From NCBI RefSeq assembly GCF_001194135.2, contig NC_068989.1, positions 48,464,292-48,513,927 of the forward strand: 49,636 bases of DNA, written 5' to 3'. The translations under genes were made by a program, and so were the position numbers. Each line of letters begins with the position of its first letter. Position 1 is the first letter of the stretch. Below, in pieces: positions 38,333-49,636 of this stretch. This DNA comes from Octopus bimaculoides. Taxonomy: Eukaryota. Below the pieces are notes generated by a model, which worked only from the letters and a program-made list of their open reading frames with translations, did not search any database and was not told where the DNA came from.

Positions 38333-38720
38333 AGTGGAGGTGCAATGGCCCAGTGGTTAGGGCAGCGGACTCGCAGTCATAGGATCGCGGTTTCGATTCC
38401 CAGACCGGGCGTTGTGAGTGTTTATTGAGTGAAAACGCCTAAAACTCCACGAGGCTCCAGCAGGGGATGGTGGTGAACCCTGCTGTACTCTTTCACCACA
38501 ACTTTCTCTCACTCTTACTTCCTGTTTCTGTTGCGCCTGTAATTCAAAGGGCCAGCCTCGTCACACTGTGTCACGCTGAATATCCCAGAGAACTACATTA
38601 AGAGTACACGTGTTTGTGGAGTGCTCAGCCACTTGCACGTTAATTTGACGAGCAGGCTGTTCCGTTGATCGGATGAACTGGAACCCTTGACGTCGTAAGC
38701 GACAGAGTGCCAACAACAAC
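38333..38720 (+). mobile_element. Full-length tRNA-derived SINE with 11-bp TSD
   Basis: A box tggcccagtgg, B box ggtttcgattcc, (CAA)n tail; TSD agcaacagaac at 38322-38332 and 38721-38731. Related reverse copies at ~11640-12010, ~17660-17957 and ~47085-47310. Confidence 0.9.
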
Positions 38721-39466
38721 AGCAACAGAACTAATCATGAGCAATGTGAAGGTGTTTTAAGAAAAATTTAGTAATAAAAGAACGTTATTTGTAGAATTTT
38801 GGCACACACAAAATTGGTTAATGCATAAAGACATAATGCTAGTTTTCTTCCTGTAGCATATGTTAAGTGATTTATGGACCACATGGTCATCAGTTCAGAG
38901 CCTAATGTAGGCATTGTAATGTGGCCTTGAGCAATGAAATTAACTCTGCTTGCTCCATTTTTACTTACTAAAACAGCAAGTATGCTTGACTTTTATTTCA
39001 CATTTCACTCGTAGCAATAGGAAAAGCATTCAGATAAGAGGAAAAGAAAAGTTTTAATGAATAAACAGTCTTAGCCATGCAAGAAGTAAACAATAATTAA
39101 AAAAAAACATGTTAAACAAAAATTAAAAAAAACCCCAGTGATCTTATTTCTCTTGTCTGAAAGAAATCAATGCCTCACCAACAAAATACCTAACTACATC
39201 TCCACTTCCAATCAATTCAATATTCTGCTACAGTCTCTTACATTAGTACCTGATAAGATGCTTGAGGAAATTCCTGTCTTCCTATGTGTATTATGAATAC
39301 ACAAACCACTTAAGTTCTATATTAATTGTGGTGATCTCACTAAAACTTTCTAGAGAAGAATCAAATTTTTGAGCAAGTTCTGCTGTGGAGCTGATGATAA
39401 AAACTAAAATTAAATTGAATACAAAAGAAAATTTATATAAAAGAATATGAGAACCATGTGACTCAC

Positions 39467-39559
39467 TTGTAATGGGGTTGCCCTGGAAGACCTCTGTCAA
39501 CAATGAATGCTCGAGATAACCGAATGAGCTGGTGGTTTATTATGTGAATCTCACATTCA
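39467..39559 (-). CDS. Penultimate exon of the same M28B-family gene (TfR-type dimerisation domain)
   Basis: Acceptor tttttcttgacag|T, donor ACAA|gtgagt; 93 nt: (S)ECEIHIINHQLIRLSRAFIVDRGLPGQPHY, matching GCPII [27 protein letters not shown]. Confidence 0.92.
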
Positions 39560-41578
39560 CTGTCAAGAAAAATAAAAAAAACTTGAAATTAATTTCATAT
39601 AAACTCCATCAGAACAAATCTTATACCACCAGTTGACTCATTAGAAAGAAGCAAGGTATATTATATATACACCTTGCTTACTTAGCATCCTTTTTTAGAC
39701 AATTATTGGAATTTAAGAAAAAACAGTGTTAGTCATTTATAATCAGCAAGAGGCAATTTCATATAAGGGCAAAGAACATCTAACATGCTTCACTTTTAGC
39801 TATTTCTATAAGAGAAGAACTGAGGAATGTATTTTCCCTAAAGTTACAAAAAAATACAGTAGAAAGATTTTGAATCCTAACTATGTCGGTAATGTGTGAT
39901 CAGCCACTGCATCCAGCAGCAATCCTATACCATCAGTATCCTTTTTAACTATAATTTACTTGTGGGTGATGGTGCTGGTACCATATAAAAAGCAGCAGTC
40001 CTGTTGCTACATAAAGAGCATCGGTGCTGGTGCCATGTAAAAAGCCTGTGCTAGTGTCACATAAAAAAGCTCCCAGTAGACTGTAAAGGGGTTGGTATTA
40101 GAAAGGGCATCTAACCATAGAAACCATGTCACAACAAACAATGGAGTCTGGTGCAGCTCTTCAGCTTACCAGCCCCTATCAAATCATCTGATTCATGCCA
40201 GCAGGGAAAACAGATGTTAAATGATGATATTAATGCATGTATTAGAATATCATAAGTATTCTACAAGTAATGGTCTTTTTTTGTGTGAAGATACAGACTT
40301 TAATATCAATGCAAGTATTCCTAAAATATACTTTTTTTAAAATGTGAAATGGTATCACATTTAAGAGGTCGATTGAATCCATCATTCACTTTAACAACAC
40401 AGTCTGATCCTTGGGCAACTTTAGCAGAGCCCACTTTGTCACAAGCATTCAGGTCAAATTTCTAGTTTGAGGATACCTTCCTCTTCCCTTCCTATTAGTT
40501 TTGGAACCCTGTAAAGGGTCATAGGTACCAATTTATTTCCTGATTAAAAGAAAAAAAAATGATAATCTTATATGTGAAACATACTAAACATCATACACTA
40601 TTCCTCAGACATCCCTAACCTTCTGATATACATTACTAAGCTTGTAAATATCTTATACACCCTGCTTTTAAGTCATATTTTTGTTTAGAAAATAGCACTT
40701 AAATGAAGACTTCTAAATGAATTCATGTTTCATATCTTCTTATCTTCTTCATGAGGTTACATCCATGACAACATGAATTTTATGAGTTTTAAAACAATGA
40801 ACATTTACATATGAATTCTTAATAAGTTATATGTTATCTGTTATTTTAAACAGCTGGGTATCCTCCAACCACAGCACATGACAGTCTTAAGGCATGAGCA
40901 CACTGGAAAATTTCCCAATGGCCCCATGGGTCTAAGGACCCAATTCTGACCTATGTATGTTGTTATTTGGTTAGTCCACATTACTCCGTAAGGAACACAA
41001 GGCCGGTTTCCCTGTTTCCCTGGCTTAGATATTCCTCCTTGGACAGGATGCCAAGAAGGATACTTGGACATTTGCTGTCAATAAATAGATACTATAGGGC
41101 CCAGTTCATTGATTTGTCCAGAGGCCTACAATGCTGCTAAAGCAGTTCTGCCACCACATATCTCTAGCTAAAATTTCAATTACAAACACTGATGCAAGTA
41201 GCTAGGTTTAGTAATATGTTTTTCTTTTGGCCATGAACAAAGACTTTGTCAAAGTTTGATTGAATCCATGATCATAAAATCAGTAGACTAATGCTCTGGC
41301 TTCATAGACAGTAATCTCATGCAGAGATCATCATCTTATTTACAGTTATATAATCTGTTACCTTCTACTTTCTTCAGCAGTCATTGGACCATGGCCATGC
41401 TGGGACACCGTCTTGAAGGGTTTTAGTCAAAGTCAAAAGAATTGACCTCAAGTACTTCTTTTCAATTTTTATTGCTGGCACTTATTCTGTTGCTGTATTG
41501 CTAAGTCAACTGGGTGTAAACAAACCAACATCAGTTGTCAAGTGGTGGTGGGAGACAAACACAATGGTGCACAAAGAA

Positions 41579-41610
<32 letters not shown>

Positions 41611-43413
41611 GATCAGTTTCTTCCAGTTTCACTCTACCAATTTCACTCACAAGGTTATGGTCAGCTTGGAGCTATAGTAGAAGACACTTGCCTAAAATGC
41701 CATGCAATGAGACTGAACTCCAAACCACATAGTTGGGAAGCGAAAGTCTTAACCATACAGCTATACCTGCACAAAATTGATTGGAAAAATCTCATGGATC
41801 AGCAAATATAATTTTATTTGTTACACAATAGGACATAAAACTTACCTTCGACCACCTTATCTTGGATGTGAATTACTGGTGGTTAACCTGGACTAAACTG
41901 ACTACCACTGGTCTAACATTTTAACTTCCCATCCAGCACTATTTCCTCTCACCACTCCTTTCATAAGATCCATTTTTTCTCAGCAACATAAGCATGATGG
42001 ATCTTCAATATATCAGCTCATCACATATCTTGGTCATTTCATTTGGGAAGTCCAATGTTTTCAGATTTGACCTATTTCTTATAAAATATTTCCTCGACCA
42101 TCCACTCTCACAACTCCACACTCATAAAATATTATCCATTTGTATTACATATAAATATTTTAATACCTTTTTTTGTTCTCATAATGGAATGATTTAGTGA
42201 AGTTTGTCAAACAATGTATTGCTACATACTGTCATGTTTTCTCATATCATTTTCAAGGCTCAACACTTAAAAATTTGATAGCTCCACTGATTTTTTTGCT
42301 TTTTTTCCCCTGTTTCTGCCACAAATAACTTGAACTATTCACAATTCTATATTTCTGAGATTAAGAATTTATATATTAAACTGTGTAACAAAATTTTAAT
42401 TTTTTTTTTTGTTTTCGGTCAGTAAATGTTATTTCCTATTTGCTTCTGTCTAGAAATCAAAGGAATTGGCTACTCTTCCATTCACACTTTGCTTTTGTGA
42501 CCTGGACATTAATATTTTGAAACTGATTTATTTTCCATTACATTTCAGACAGATTCAGTGCTGAGTTACTATAGCAGAAATATCATTATAGCAAATATTC
42601 TGTTCAATACCAAAAATTTGCTTGTCAGTTGCTTGACCATAGCCATTTGAGCATATCCCTAAGTGGCTGATAATTTGTGCATCTCTGATTATGAGCAGCA
42701 GTAGTGGGGAAGCATCATAGCCATGTGTTGAGAGGGATTCTTTGGGGTTTGAATAAATGAAACAAAAACAAAGTTTGAAGGAAACATTAGCCATTTTTCA
42801 TATTTCCAAGGGGTAAGCTAATAGGAAATAACAGTTGCTACCCAAAGAGAAGATCATTTTACACAGTGTTATGTATTAGTCAGACTGGTGTCTTCATCTT
42901 GTTTGCTGCTTTCCTTATGTTTCTACTGTATACACTCCAGCCTTCTTCAGGTGTCTTGTAATTCACCTTAGTGCCTTGCTTGGGACTGAACTCAGATCTT
43001 TTAGGTGACTGCACTTCAGTGTCTTTATCCACTACACTATGCTTGTAGGTAGTATCAGAGTGAATTTTTAAGGCAGTCACTTAAGAGGGTCTGAGTTCAA
43101 TCCCAAGCAAAGCACCAAAATAAATTACAAGACACCTGAATGAGGTTGGAGCATACACAACCGAAATACAGTAAAAGCAACAAACAAGATGAGGACACCA
43201 CTTTGACTAATACGTAATTTATTAAACTATCTAGTCTGCTACATTACTGGATGATCACCACGACACAACACACTCATAACAGAGGTCTATCTCAAAAAGA
43301 GGGCATATTTAGATAGATAAGGAAACAAGAATTTATAATAACTGCCATGGAATGTTCTTTTGTTTGTGTCACTCTACAATTGAGAAAAACAATTGGGTTT
43401 AAACTAAGAGTAG

Positions 43414-44030
43414 TCATCATCATCATCATTTAGAGTCTGCTTTTCATGCTGGCATGTGTTGGACAGTTTGACTAAAACTGGTAAGCTGCACCAGGTTCCA
43501 TTCTGATTTGGCATGGTTTCTATGGCTGGATGCTCTTCCTAACACCAACCGTTCCAAGAGTGTAATGGGTGCTTTTTACAAGCCACTGGCACAGGTGCCA
43601 TTTACATGACACCAGCATTGGCCACAACTACACTTTCACTTGGCTTGATGAGTGTTCTCAAGTATGGCATATTGCCAAAGGTCTTGGTCACTTATCATTG
43701 CCTCCATGAGGCCCCACATTTGAAGGGTGCTTTTTAAGTACCTGTTACATAACACCGTGATCAGCCACGACTACTGTTTCACTTGGTTTGATAGGTCTTC
43801 TCAAGCACGGTATATCACCAAAAGTTTTGGTCACTTGTCATTGCCTCTGTGAGGCCTAACGTTCAAAGATCATGCTTCACCACCTTGTCTCATGTCTTCC
43901 TGGGTCTGTCTCTCCTACAGGTTTCCTTCACATTTAGAGATCGGCACTTTTTTTACACAGTTGTCCTCATCCATACGCATCACATACCCATACCAGTGCA
44001 AGCCCACTAGGTCCAAGAAATGAAAATTGT
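43414..44030 (-). mobile_element. RTE LINE 3' fragment
   Basis: (CAT)n tail followed by 3' UTR and ORF-end sequence similar to 6008-7497. Shorter fragments on the other strand at ~27830-28170, ~25940-26120 and ~39990-40230. Confidence 0.8.
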
Positions 44031-44304
44031 CCATCTCAACAGAATTGAAGCCTTGTTAGCTTAAGGTTAAAAATAATGTCTGTTATGACTTTACTACAAA
44101 GGAATTTATTACAAAGACATAAAAAGGACAGCTCTTCAGTTAATTTCTGTGTAGGGGAGATTTTGGCAAGTAGATGGCTGCTGTCAATGAGTTATAACAG
44201 CTAATATCTTACATATAAAAACTCTCTATATTATATCATGATTCCTCTATAAAAAGAATGAAATCTATAATAAAGAAAAGACACTGACACAATTCATTAA
44301 TTAC

Positions 44305-44392
44305 CTGAGATTTTTTTCTGGCAAGTTTCTGTAAATTTGGAAAAAGTCATCAGCTGCTCTTGAGAAATTGTCCATTGCCTGGTAGAGTATGT
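44305..44392 (-). CDS. Internal exon of the same M28B-family gene
   Basis: Acceptor tacttacttgcag|AC, donor CTCAG|gtaatt; 88 nt, phase-compatible with both neighbours: (N)ILYQAMDNFSRAADDFFQIYRNLPEKNL. The NFS sequon matches GCPII SLFSAVKNFTEIASKF. Confidence 0.9.
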
Positions 44393-46561
44393 CTGCAAGT
44401 AAGTAAATAAAGGATAATATTTCCACTTTAAAAGAAAAGAAAAAAAACCCCCACAAACAATGATATCAAAGAAATTTTACAACCCTAGCAACCCCATTGC
44501 TCTTATATTCACAATGTATGCTATGTCTCTGATGTTTTAACAAATATTTTTTATCTTTTACATGTTTCAGTCATTAGACTGTGGCCATATTGCAGCACCA
44601 CTTTGAAGAATTTTTAGTTGAATCAATCAACACTAGTACTTATTTTTTAAAACCTGGTACTCATTCTATAAGTCTCTTTTGCTGAACTGCTTGCTAAGTT
44701 ATGGGGAACAAACACAAATACATAAACACACATACTGTCTACCAAATCCATTCACAAGGCTTTGGTTGGGCCATGCAGCACAGTTGGACTGAACTCAGAA
44801 CCATGTGATTGGAAAGCAAGCTTCTTAACCTCACAGCCATGCTTGCACCTAAATATATTTGTAGATAATTTCTGTTCAGGCCTATATCAATATAAAATTG
44901 CTTTCCTTCATTTTACTCTTATCAAAACTTCTCAACTACTCATATCCAATGTAAGCTAAGAATAAGAACTCATCTGGTCATTTCAATCTAACAAATCACC
45001 TTGTTTCAGCAGTATCTCTTCCATTACTTTCAAATAGTACATTCCAGTATAAGTACATATCCTTACCAAACACTTTGATATCACATCCTCTCTATCTCTT
45101 CAGAGATCTTTCACAATATTTGGCAGCTCACTGCAGTATCTCTGAAACCCAAAAGGTTCAAACTCTCTGACCTAGCCAATTACCGACCTATTGTTCTCCC
45201 TTTTTCCAATACACTTTACATAGAATATGTCACTGAATACTGATATCTCTTCATTAGACAGATGGAATTATATTTATAAGAGAGTAAGGAAGGAATTGCA
45301 TGTGGTGCACATGTCTTTCTAAAAGCTATTAGTGATATAAGTGAAATGGCTACAACTGGGAACAGAAGCCATATTACAAACCAGGATTGTTGAGGAATTA
45401 CTTGTATTTCATGGAGATTTCATGAGAATTAACATTCAGAATAATCATATCTACAAATATCAACATTATCAAGATGTTACTGTTGTTCTGACCTCTGTTA
45501 TTCTACACTGATATAGACTGGAAAGGGTTGCTAAACAGCTTATTATTATTTCTTGTTCTTATTGTAACGAGAAATCACTCTGTAAATTGTAATGTGTTAT
45601 AACATGTTTTGAATATAAATATCTCAGTACCTGTACTCCTCTGCTTTGACATTTGAAACATATGTATAAATTTCCATTACAACCATAATATAATGTTATT
45701 AGAGCTGAGAAAATCTAACTTCCAGTAATGCTATTGGAACTTAGGAACAACCATCAGCTTCGAATGCTAACATGCACACATATGGAGAGAGAGAGAGAGA
45801 GAGAGAGGGGGGGAGAGAGAGAGAGGGAGGGAGAGAGAGAGAGGGAGAGANNNNNNNNNNNNNNNNNNNNNNNNNNNNNNNNNNNNNNNNNNNNNNNNNN
45901 NNNNNNNNNNNNNNNNNNNNNNNNNNNNNNNNNNNNNNNNNNNNNNNNNNNNNNNNNNNNNNNNNNNNNNNNNNNNNNNNNNNNNNNNNNNNNNNNNNNN
46001 NNNNNNNNNNNNNNNNNNNNNNNNNNNNNNNNNNNNNNNNNNNNNNNNNNNNNNNNNNNNNNNNNNNNNNNNNNNNNNNNNNNNNNNNNNNNNNNNNNNN
46101 NNNNNNNNNNNNNNNNNNNNNNNNNNNNNNNNNNNNNNNNNNNNNNNNNNNNNNNNNNNNNNNNNNNNNNNNNNNNNNNNNNNNNNNNNNNNNNNNNNNN
46201 NNNNNNNNNNNNNNNNNNNNNGAACAACCATCAGCTTCGAATGCTAACATGCACACATATGGAGAGAGAGAGAGAGAGAGAGAGTGGAGGGTGGTGGAAA
46301 GTAGTGACTATTTCTGTTTAGTGGTTCGGTATTATTACTGAGGAATTTGGACACAATCTTCAGTGTGTTTTTTGAAGTTGTAAGAGCAAAAGACAAGATG
46401 ATAATATTCACACACACACACACACAAACACATGTAATTCACAGATGAGATCCAGATATTCTCTGTAGTGCTCAAAAAATTTAAACTCAGACTCCGATGT
46501 CTTTACAAGACATCATTCCACAAGGTAAAGAAATGTTTTCAGAGGGATCAGGTTGAGCAGG

Positions 46562-46779
46562 TATAGAAGCAGTTATGGGGATAAACAAATTAGACACATC
46601 AAATACAAAAAGGGTGGAAACTTTCAGATGATGAATTTATATGTGTATATGTGTATTCATCATCTGAAAGTTTCCACCTTTTGCTTTCTCNNNNNNNNNN
46701 NNNNNNNNNNNNNNNNNNNNNNNNNNNNNNNNNNNNNNNNNNNNNNNNNNNNNNNNNNNNNNNNNNNNNNNNNNNNNNN

Positions 46780-46824
<45 letters not shown>

Positions 46825-46874
46825 GATGTATTTAATATATTTGATGCGTCTAATTTGTTTATCTCCCAAATTGC

Positions 46875-46881
<7 letters not shown>
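46562..46881. repeat. Nested inverted repeats in the M28B-gene intron
   Basis: Inner perfect 24-bp arms at 46613-46636 and 46655-46678 (18-nt loop); outer ~44-bp arms at 46562-46605 and 46838-46881; an assembly gap lies between inner and outer right arms. Confidence 0.9.
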
Positions 46882-46910
<29 letters not shown>

Positions 46911-47687
46911 CACATTAAGAAAACACATTTTCCTCACAGTCATACCTCCAATGGTGTGCTTAAATATATGTATGTCTCTATCTGCCTGTCTCTCTCTCTA
47001 TATATATGATATATGATGGAATCTCCTGTCAAAGATGATGTAGGAGTGTTCAACTTTTGCCAAACTACCTGCACAAATGATTTGTTTATAATGATCAACT
47101 GAATGTGCTGTATGTTAGCTCGCTCCCTCCATCAAATTGATGTTGCCTGAACAGGTACATGATGTCCCACATAACAGGTGCTGAAGTGATCATAGAGCAA
47201 CATGAGATGAAGTGTTTTGCTCAAGAATACAACACACCACTGCTCTAAGAATTAAAACCATGATCTTGTGATTGTGCGTGCAACACCCTAACCACTAGGC
47301 CATGTGTCCTCATATATATATATATATATATATAAGAAGGGATGACCACTAAGTGGGCATCCATTATGCTAGAAATAGACCATCTACGGTCAAACCACAA
47401 AAGAAAAAATGTTCTCTAGGGAAATTCAGCATACACCAGAACATGAACGAGCAGGACAAATGAAGATATACAAAATAAAGAATTAATCGTAGACCATGGT
47501 TTCACCATTAATGTATTAATGTAATTTTTATCCAATTTATTACCCTTATTATTTAAATGTTATATATTTATATATATATGCAAAATGATAACACTTATAC
47601 AACACATATATTAATATATAAGACAATGCTTCAGTTAAATTATAGATTCTGAATTTAACAAATAAATAAGAAAAACGTAATACTAAC

Positions 47688-47943
47688 TTAATGATATTCC
47701 TGCTTCCTCATAGGTTCTGTTAAACCGTCCTAGCATTTCACGTCCAACGCTGAGTGCATGCCAAACGTAGTTGTTAACGTCCAGTGGGAGAATGAGAGAG
47801 TCGGACAATCGAAGAATTACTTCAGCCACGACTTTGGCTACCGTCATATGAAGAGTGAGATCCCTGTCTATGAAATTCCGTAAGTAATCAAATGTATCCA
47901 CTAAGGTATTATAAGCTGGGTAGGTTGGGAGATATGGATACAC
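47688..47943 (-). CDS. Internal exon of M28B peptidase-family gene (GCPII/NAALADase/TfR-like); end of peptidase domain and start of the helical dimerisation domain
   Basis: Acceptor ttttttcacttgcag|GTG, donor TTAA|gttagt; 256 nt open: VYPYLPTYPAYNTLVDTFDYLRNFIDRDLTLHMTVAKVVAEVILRLSDSLILPLDVNNY...AGISL. Aligns without gaps (from memory) to human GCPII [31 protein letters not shown]...LANSIVLPFDCRDY. Confidence 0.93.
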
Positions 47944-47994
47944 CTGCAAGTGAAAAAACAGTAGAGTTAGTTTACCTGACAACAACAACAACAT

Positions 47995-49335
47995 GGTCTG
48001 TTTCTACAAAATGATAATCCTTTCTACGATAGATACAAGGCCTGAAATTTTGGGTATGTGGTTAGTCGATTACACCAACCCCAGTGTTCAACTGGTACTT
48101 ATTTCATTGATACTGAAAGGATGAAAGGCAAAGTCTATCTTAGTGACACTTGAACTCAGAACGTAGAGACAGACAAAATGCTTGGCAGCATTTTGTCTGG
48201 TCTGCTAACATTTCTACAGGCTCAGTGCCTTAACAATAACAACAACAACAATTTTTTATACTATGAGCGCAAGGCCTGAGATTTTGGGTCAGGGGACTAG
48301 TTGATTACATCCACCCTAGTACTCAATTGGTACTTATTTTATTGGCCCCACAAAGATGAGAAGCAAAGCTGACCTTGGTAGCATTTGAACTCAGAATGTA
48401 AAGATGGAAGAAATGCTGCTAAGTATTTTATCCAGTATGCTAATCATTCTGCCAGCTTGCTGCCTTAAATCCTTTCTACTATAGGCACAAGGGCTGAAAT
48501 TTTACAAGGGGAGGGGTCTAGTCAATTATATCGACCCCAGTGCTCAACTGGTACTTATTTTATTGATTCTGAAAGGATGAAAGGCAAAGTCAACCTCAAC
48601 AGAATTTGAACTCAGAATGTAAAGATGGATGAAATGCTGTTAAGAATTTTGTCTGGCATGCTAACAATTTTGCCAGCTCACCACCTTAACAACAATAACA
48701 ATAATAATGGTTTCAAATTTTGGGCACAAGACCAGCAATTTTTGGGGAGAGGCTAAGTTGATTACATTGATCCAGTGCTCAACTGGTACTTATTTGATCA
48801 ATCTTGAAAGGATGGAAGACAAGGTTGATGTCAGGGGAATTTGACCACAGAACATGAAGATAGGCGAAATGCTGCTGAGTATTTTTCCTGATGTGCTAAC
48901 AATTCTGCTAACTCACTGGCTTCTTCTTCTTCTTCTTCTTCTTCTTTATAATAATAATCCTTTCTACTAAAGGCATGAAATTTGATGGGAGAGGACTAGT
49001 CGATTACATCGATCCTAGTGTTTCACAAGTACTTAATTTATTGACCCTGAAAGGATGAAAGACAAAGTTGACCCAGGCGAAATCTGAACTCAGAACGTAC
49101 AGACGGATGAAATGCTGCTAAGCATTTTGCTCGGTGTGCTAATGACTTTGCCAGCTCACAGCCTTAATAATAATAATCCTTTCTACTGTTCCGCTGGTAC
49201 TTAATTTATCAACCCCAAAAGAATGAAAGACAAAGTCGACCTTGGTGGAATTTGAACTTAGGATGTAAGGATCAGTGAAATGCTGCTAAGCATTTTGCCC
49301 GGCATACTAACAATTCTGTCAGCTCACCGCCTTGA
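47995..49335 (-). mobile_element. Head-to-tail cluster of about six copies of a third tRNA-derived SINE, with (ATT)n-type tails
   Basis: Recurring ~220-240-bp unit (plus-strand ...actggtacttatt...tgaaaggatgaaaggcaaagt...gaactcagaa...gaaatgct...tgctaacaatt..gccagctcac), with AAT/AAC runs between units; two more copies at ~37595-37940. The core resembles the MetaSINE domain (from memory). Confidence 0.85.
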
Positions 49336-49340
49336 TAATA

Positions 49341-49371
<31 letters not shown>

Positions 49372-49636
49372 TAATAATAATATTAATAATAATAATAAAA
49401 ATGATAATAATAATTACTTACATTTTGGTTGTACATATAAGCTGGGGCTAAAGATGGGATGCCCAGTTGATAAAGAAATGGGGAATGGTCACCATCACCA
49501 TGAAGCTGAGAAACACTGGAAATAAAAGTAAAGCAATAAATAATGATATATAATGAAAGACACTGAAAAAAGAGCGAGTCAAGTCTTTATGTTACTTTAC
49601 TGAGAACAACATATAAAGATGGACAGTCTATACAGA

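Noticed and set aside
38333-38410. tRNA gene
   Set aside because: The tRNA-like A/B boxes continue into a SINE body with tail and TSD; no complete cloverleaf or terminator.
39651-39681. Small hairpins (also at ~14457-14481 and ~16078-16104)
   Set aside because: Stems of 9-10 bp are expected by chance in AT-rich DNA.
41840-41915. Minus-strand donor GAAG|gtaagt inside the M28B intron, suggesting an extra exon
   Set aside because: Stops in the usable frames, and the flanking exons already join in frame with full GCPII colinearity.
45745-46283. Identical sequence plus (GA)n repeated on both sides of a gap
   Set aside because: Same contig-overlap artefact signature.

Overview
This is AT-rich eukaryotic genomic DNA from a gapped assembly. 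The repeat landscape (tRNA-derived SINEs, RTE 3' ends with (CAT)n tails, dense (AT)n/(GA)n microsatellites) suggests an octopus or other coleoid cephalopod; this is an inference. One protein-coding gene is well supported: the last four exons of a minus-strand M28B-family (glutamate carboxypeptidase II / NAALADase / transferrin-receptor-like) gene at 47943-37121, with canonical GT-AG sites, matching phases and a continuous frame. By alignment from memory to human GCPII it lacks the Zn ligand His553 (Asn) and the Lys699/Tyr700 substrate-binding pair, so it may be a pseudo-enzyme; it ends in RDEW. A second, plus-strand, small-exon gene may end near 29.8 kb (low confidence). The rest is a transposon graveyard: an R4/Dong-like LINE split by an RTE insertion, Penelope-like, pogo, hAT, two Merlin remnants, a Mariner deletion derivative with perfect TIRs, a piggyBac-type MITE and many SINEs. 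The most notable unexplained structures are (i) a repeated composite block at 1.6-4.4 kb containing 52-bp satellite, 10-bp satellite, degenerate (TTAGGG)n and an opposed GGGTCA/AGGTCA array, and (ii) five inverted-repeat or palindromic structures, including a 233-bp near-perfect palindrome and a 3.6-kb segment with ~550-bp inverted arms. No prokaryotic system, CRISPR array, rRNA or intact tRNA gene is supported. Family names come from motif recall, not database searches.
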